From Botryllus schlosseri (Eukaryota): a stretch of 64,000 nt of DNA. The notes below the pieces were generated by a model. It was not told where the DNA came from. It did not search any database and saw only the letters and a program-made list of their open reading frames with translations. Position numbers and translations under genes: made by a program. Location of the stretch: positions 8,866,001-8,930,000 of the forward strand of contig CM119377.1 of assembly GCA_051294905.1 (NCBI GenBank), given 5' to 3'. Shown here piece after piece: positions 62,001-64,000 of this stretch; the stretch's first letter is position 1, and each line of letters begins with the position of its first letter.

Positions 62001-62123
62001 AACTTTGAAAATCAAGGTGATCGATCAGCAGACCAAAATTGACTCAAAGTGAATCCAGAGCTTTTATAGCCTGAAATTACACACATTGGCGTATTTTGGC
62101 ACAGTCATAACAACTCTTCCGTC

Positions 62124-62560
62124 GTCATCATCATCATCATCATTTGTTAATTTTTTTTAATCAAATCAATACACCACAAGAATACGATATAATGAAAAGT
62201 TAGGAGGTTGCCGAAACGACTTGAAGTAGTCATTTAATCAGACAAAACACCTTGATATACTGCATGTAAATAAAAGGCGTGCACACTGGATTTAGGAAAG
62301 AATAACGTAAAAGGAAGCGACAAAAATGAATGCTGCATTTGACGGTAGGCGAGGTCGACATGTCAGATAACTCTTCCGCTGTGTTCAAAGATATTGTCCA
62401 ATTAACGGTCCACTGCTTCGTCAGCACGATTTGTGATACATAGCAACATTGATTTATTGCCCTGTCACACACACGTTTGTCAATTAAACGGGAGAACGCA
62501 TCACTACAAACGTATTGATGGATGAGCAAGAAGTCTGGACTGAGAAAAAACAATGAACGC
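62124..62560 (-). mobile_element. Diverged relative of the same LINE 3' UTR with (ATG)n tail
   Basis: Collinear similarity to 62880-63110 (tacgata.aatgaaaag, gcacactg, gcgacaaaa.tga, ggcgaggtcga). Confidence 0.6.
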
Positions 62561-62862
62561 TAATTGCTGCACCCAAACGCGACACTATACGCCGAGTGCA
62601 AATTTATCCGGAGAAACAATGGGAACAATGAGATTACACAATTAAGTAATTTCTCATCCCTTTTGGAGTTCGGATCCCACAAAAGAAACTTTGTGTCTCG
62701 GTTCAATCACGTGAAATTGTGATAGCGGGAGAATGTAACGTTAACTTGGTTGTTTTAAGTCGGGGGCGATGGGAACTTGCTTCATACTATCCAATCCTAA
62801 GGATAGTTTTGTTGGGCTTTCACTGACGCAAGGAAAATATATTTAGCTTCCATATTGTAAGA

Positions 62863-63400
62863 ATCAATCAATCAATCAGGTTTATTAATATTTTCATCGT
62901 TTCAAAACATCACAAGACTACGATACAATGAAAAGATAGGAATGTGTCGAAACAACTTGGAGTAGCCTTGAAGTTCAGACACCCACCTTAGCCTAGGCGA
63001 AGTAAATAAGAGGCATGCACACTGAATGAAAAGTAATGCAGAGAATATAAGACGCAAGCGACAAAATGAGGTGGCATGTGGCGGAGGGCGAGGTCGATGT
63101 TAGGTCGTGGTCCGGTAATCCTGAAGACTGGCTAGTATTGATTTAGAAGAAATTGCTTGTATTTCGACTTGAATGCGGACATGCTCGACCACTGTCGGAT
63201 AGCCGGCGAGATGCTGTTCCACAATTGGGGTCCGGCATACTTGATAGAGCAAGGCCGTTTCTTGTATTCAGTCGTGATCATATGGCAGTTGTTCTTCGTT
63301 GACGCACGTGTGCTGTACTTGTGCGCTTTTGCAGAATCTGATTATCGGGGTGAGGAATAATCGTGAATGGATACTTGCTAAGTGAACAGGACAGAAGGGG
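62863..63400 (-). mobile_element. L2/CR1-group LINE 3' end with (ATTG)n tail
   Basis: HKYSTRAS...SIKYAGPQLWNSISPAIRQWSSMSAFKSKYKQFLLNQY*, then a 3' UTR and microsatellite tail. Confidence 0.85.
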
Positions 63401-64000
63401 AATGGACGCGAAGGAATCAAACTCGAGGGACAATTTAGGGAAATTAACACTAGCCGTACATGTTCATTCGTTTGTTGAAAGCGTCGGATTCCAAGGCGTC
63501 AGATATGTTTTTATGAAAAACGCATTCTGGCTAAGGAGGTAAGTGATAAAGCATAGAATATTCGGGATGGGCCCATGGCGTGTCATTATAGTATCCTCAA
63601 CAGTAATAGGTATAGGCATCGGCGTACCCATGGGAATCAACGGGGCCATGCCCCCCCCCGATTCTTTCGAAACTTTTCGCAAATTTACATGAAGTAAACC
63701 ATTTTAGGAGATACATATATATATTCATTTTGAAATTTTCTGGTGTACTTGCGATTATGCGAGAACGATATACCAATAGGATCGTATGTGACGGTTAAGG
63801 TGCTTTAGTGTCGAGGTGATTTCATCATGCAGATGCCAAACTATCGGGCACCGGCATTTTGTCACCAGCCATCTTCACCCACCATATCATAACATGTAAT
63901 GTTTCGGTCAACATGCGACTTCACGAATTGCGCTCCCAAAAGGATTGACGGCGATAAAATCTTCTCTCAAAATGACCAACGCATAGAGTTACCATAAGTC

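Overview
Eukaryotic, intron-rich, AT-rich animal DNA. The most likely source is an ascidian (tunicate), inferred from a TSP1 plus mollusc-haemocyanin-type tyrosinase gene and many 57-75 nt introns. There is a ~500-nt assembly gap at 4874-5375. Two multi-exon genes lie in tandem on the minus strand, both reconstructed by hand with phase-consistent GT-AG junctions. Gene A (21068 to at least 53435; 40 exons, >=3,113 aa, 5' end unresolved) encodes a giant single-pass, polycystin-1-like receptor. Its order is: possible Hedge-like N-terminus, one 3.5-kb exon of unknown fold, Cys-rich DxCGxCGG repeats, two IPT/TIG-like domains, REJ, GAIN/GPS-like region lacking the HL|T site, one TM helix, and a 60-aa tail with PPxY x2, PSAP, NxxY and a PDZ motif. 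Gene B (1517-20252; 11 exons, ~593 aa) is a secreted Tuphoxin-like type-3 copper phenoloxidase (signal peptide, unknown domain, Cys-rich, TSP1, tyrosinase) with an unusual active-site signature. Introns hold many non-autonomous hAT elements with 8-bp TSDs, two tRNA-derived SINE families, 3' ends of RTE, I-clade and L2/CR1-like LINEs, and a 666-bp foldback palindrome. Most short ORFs in the supplied track are spurious.
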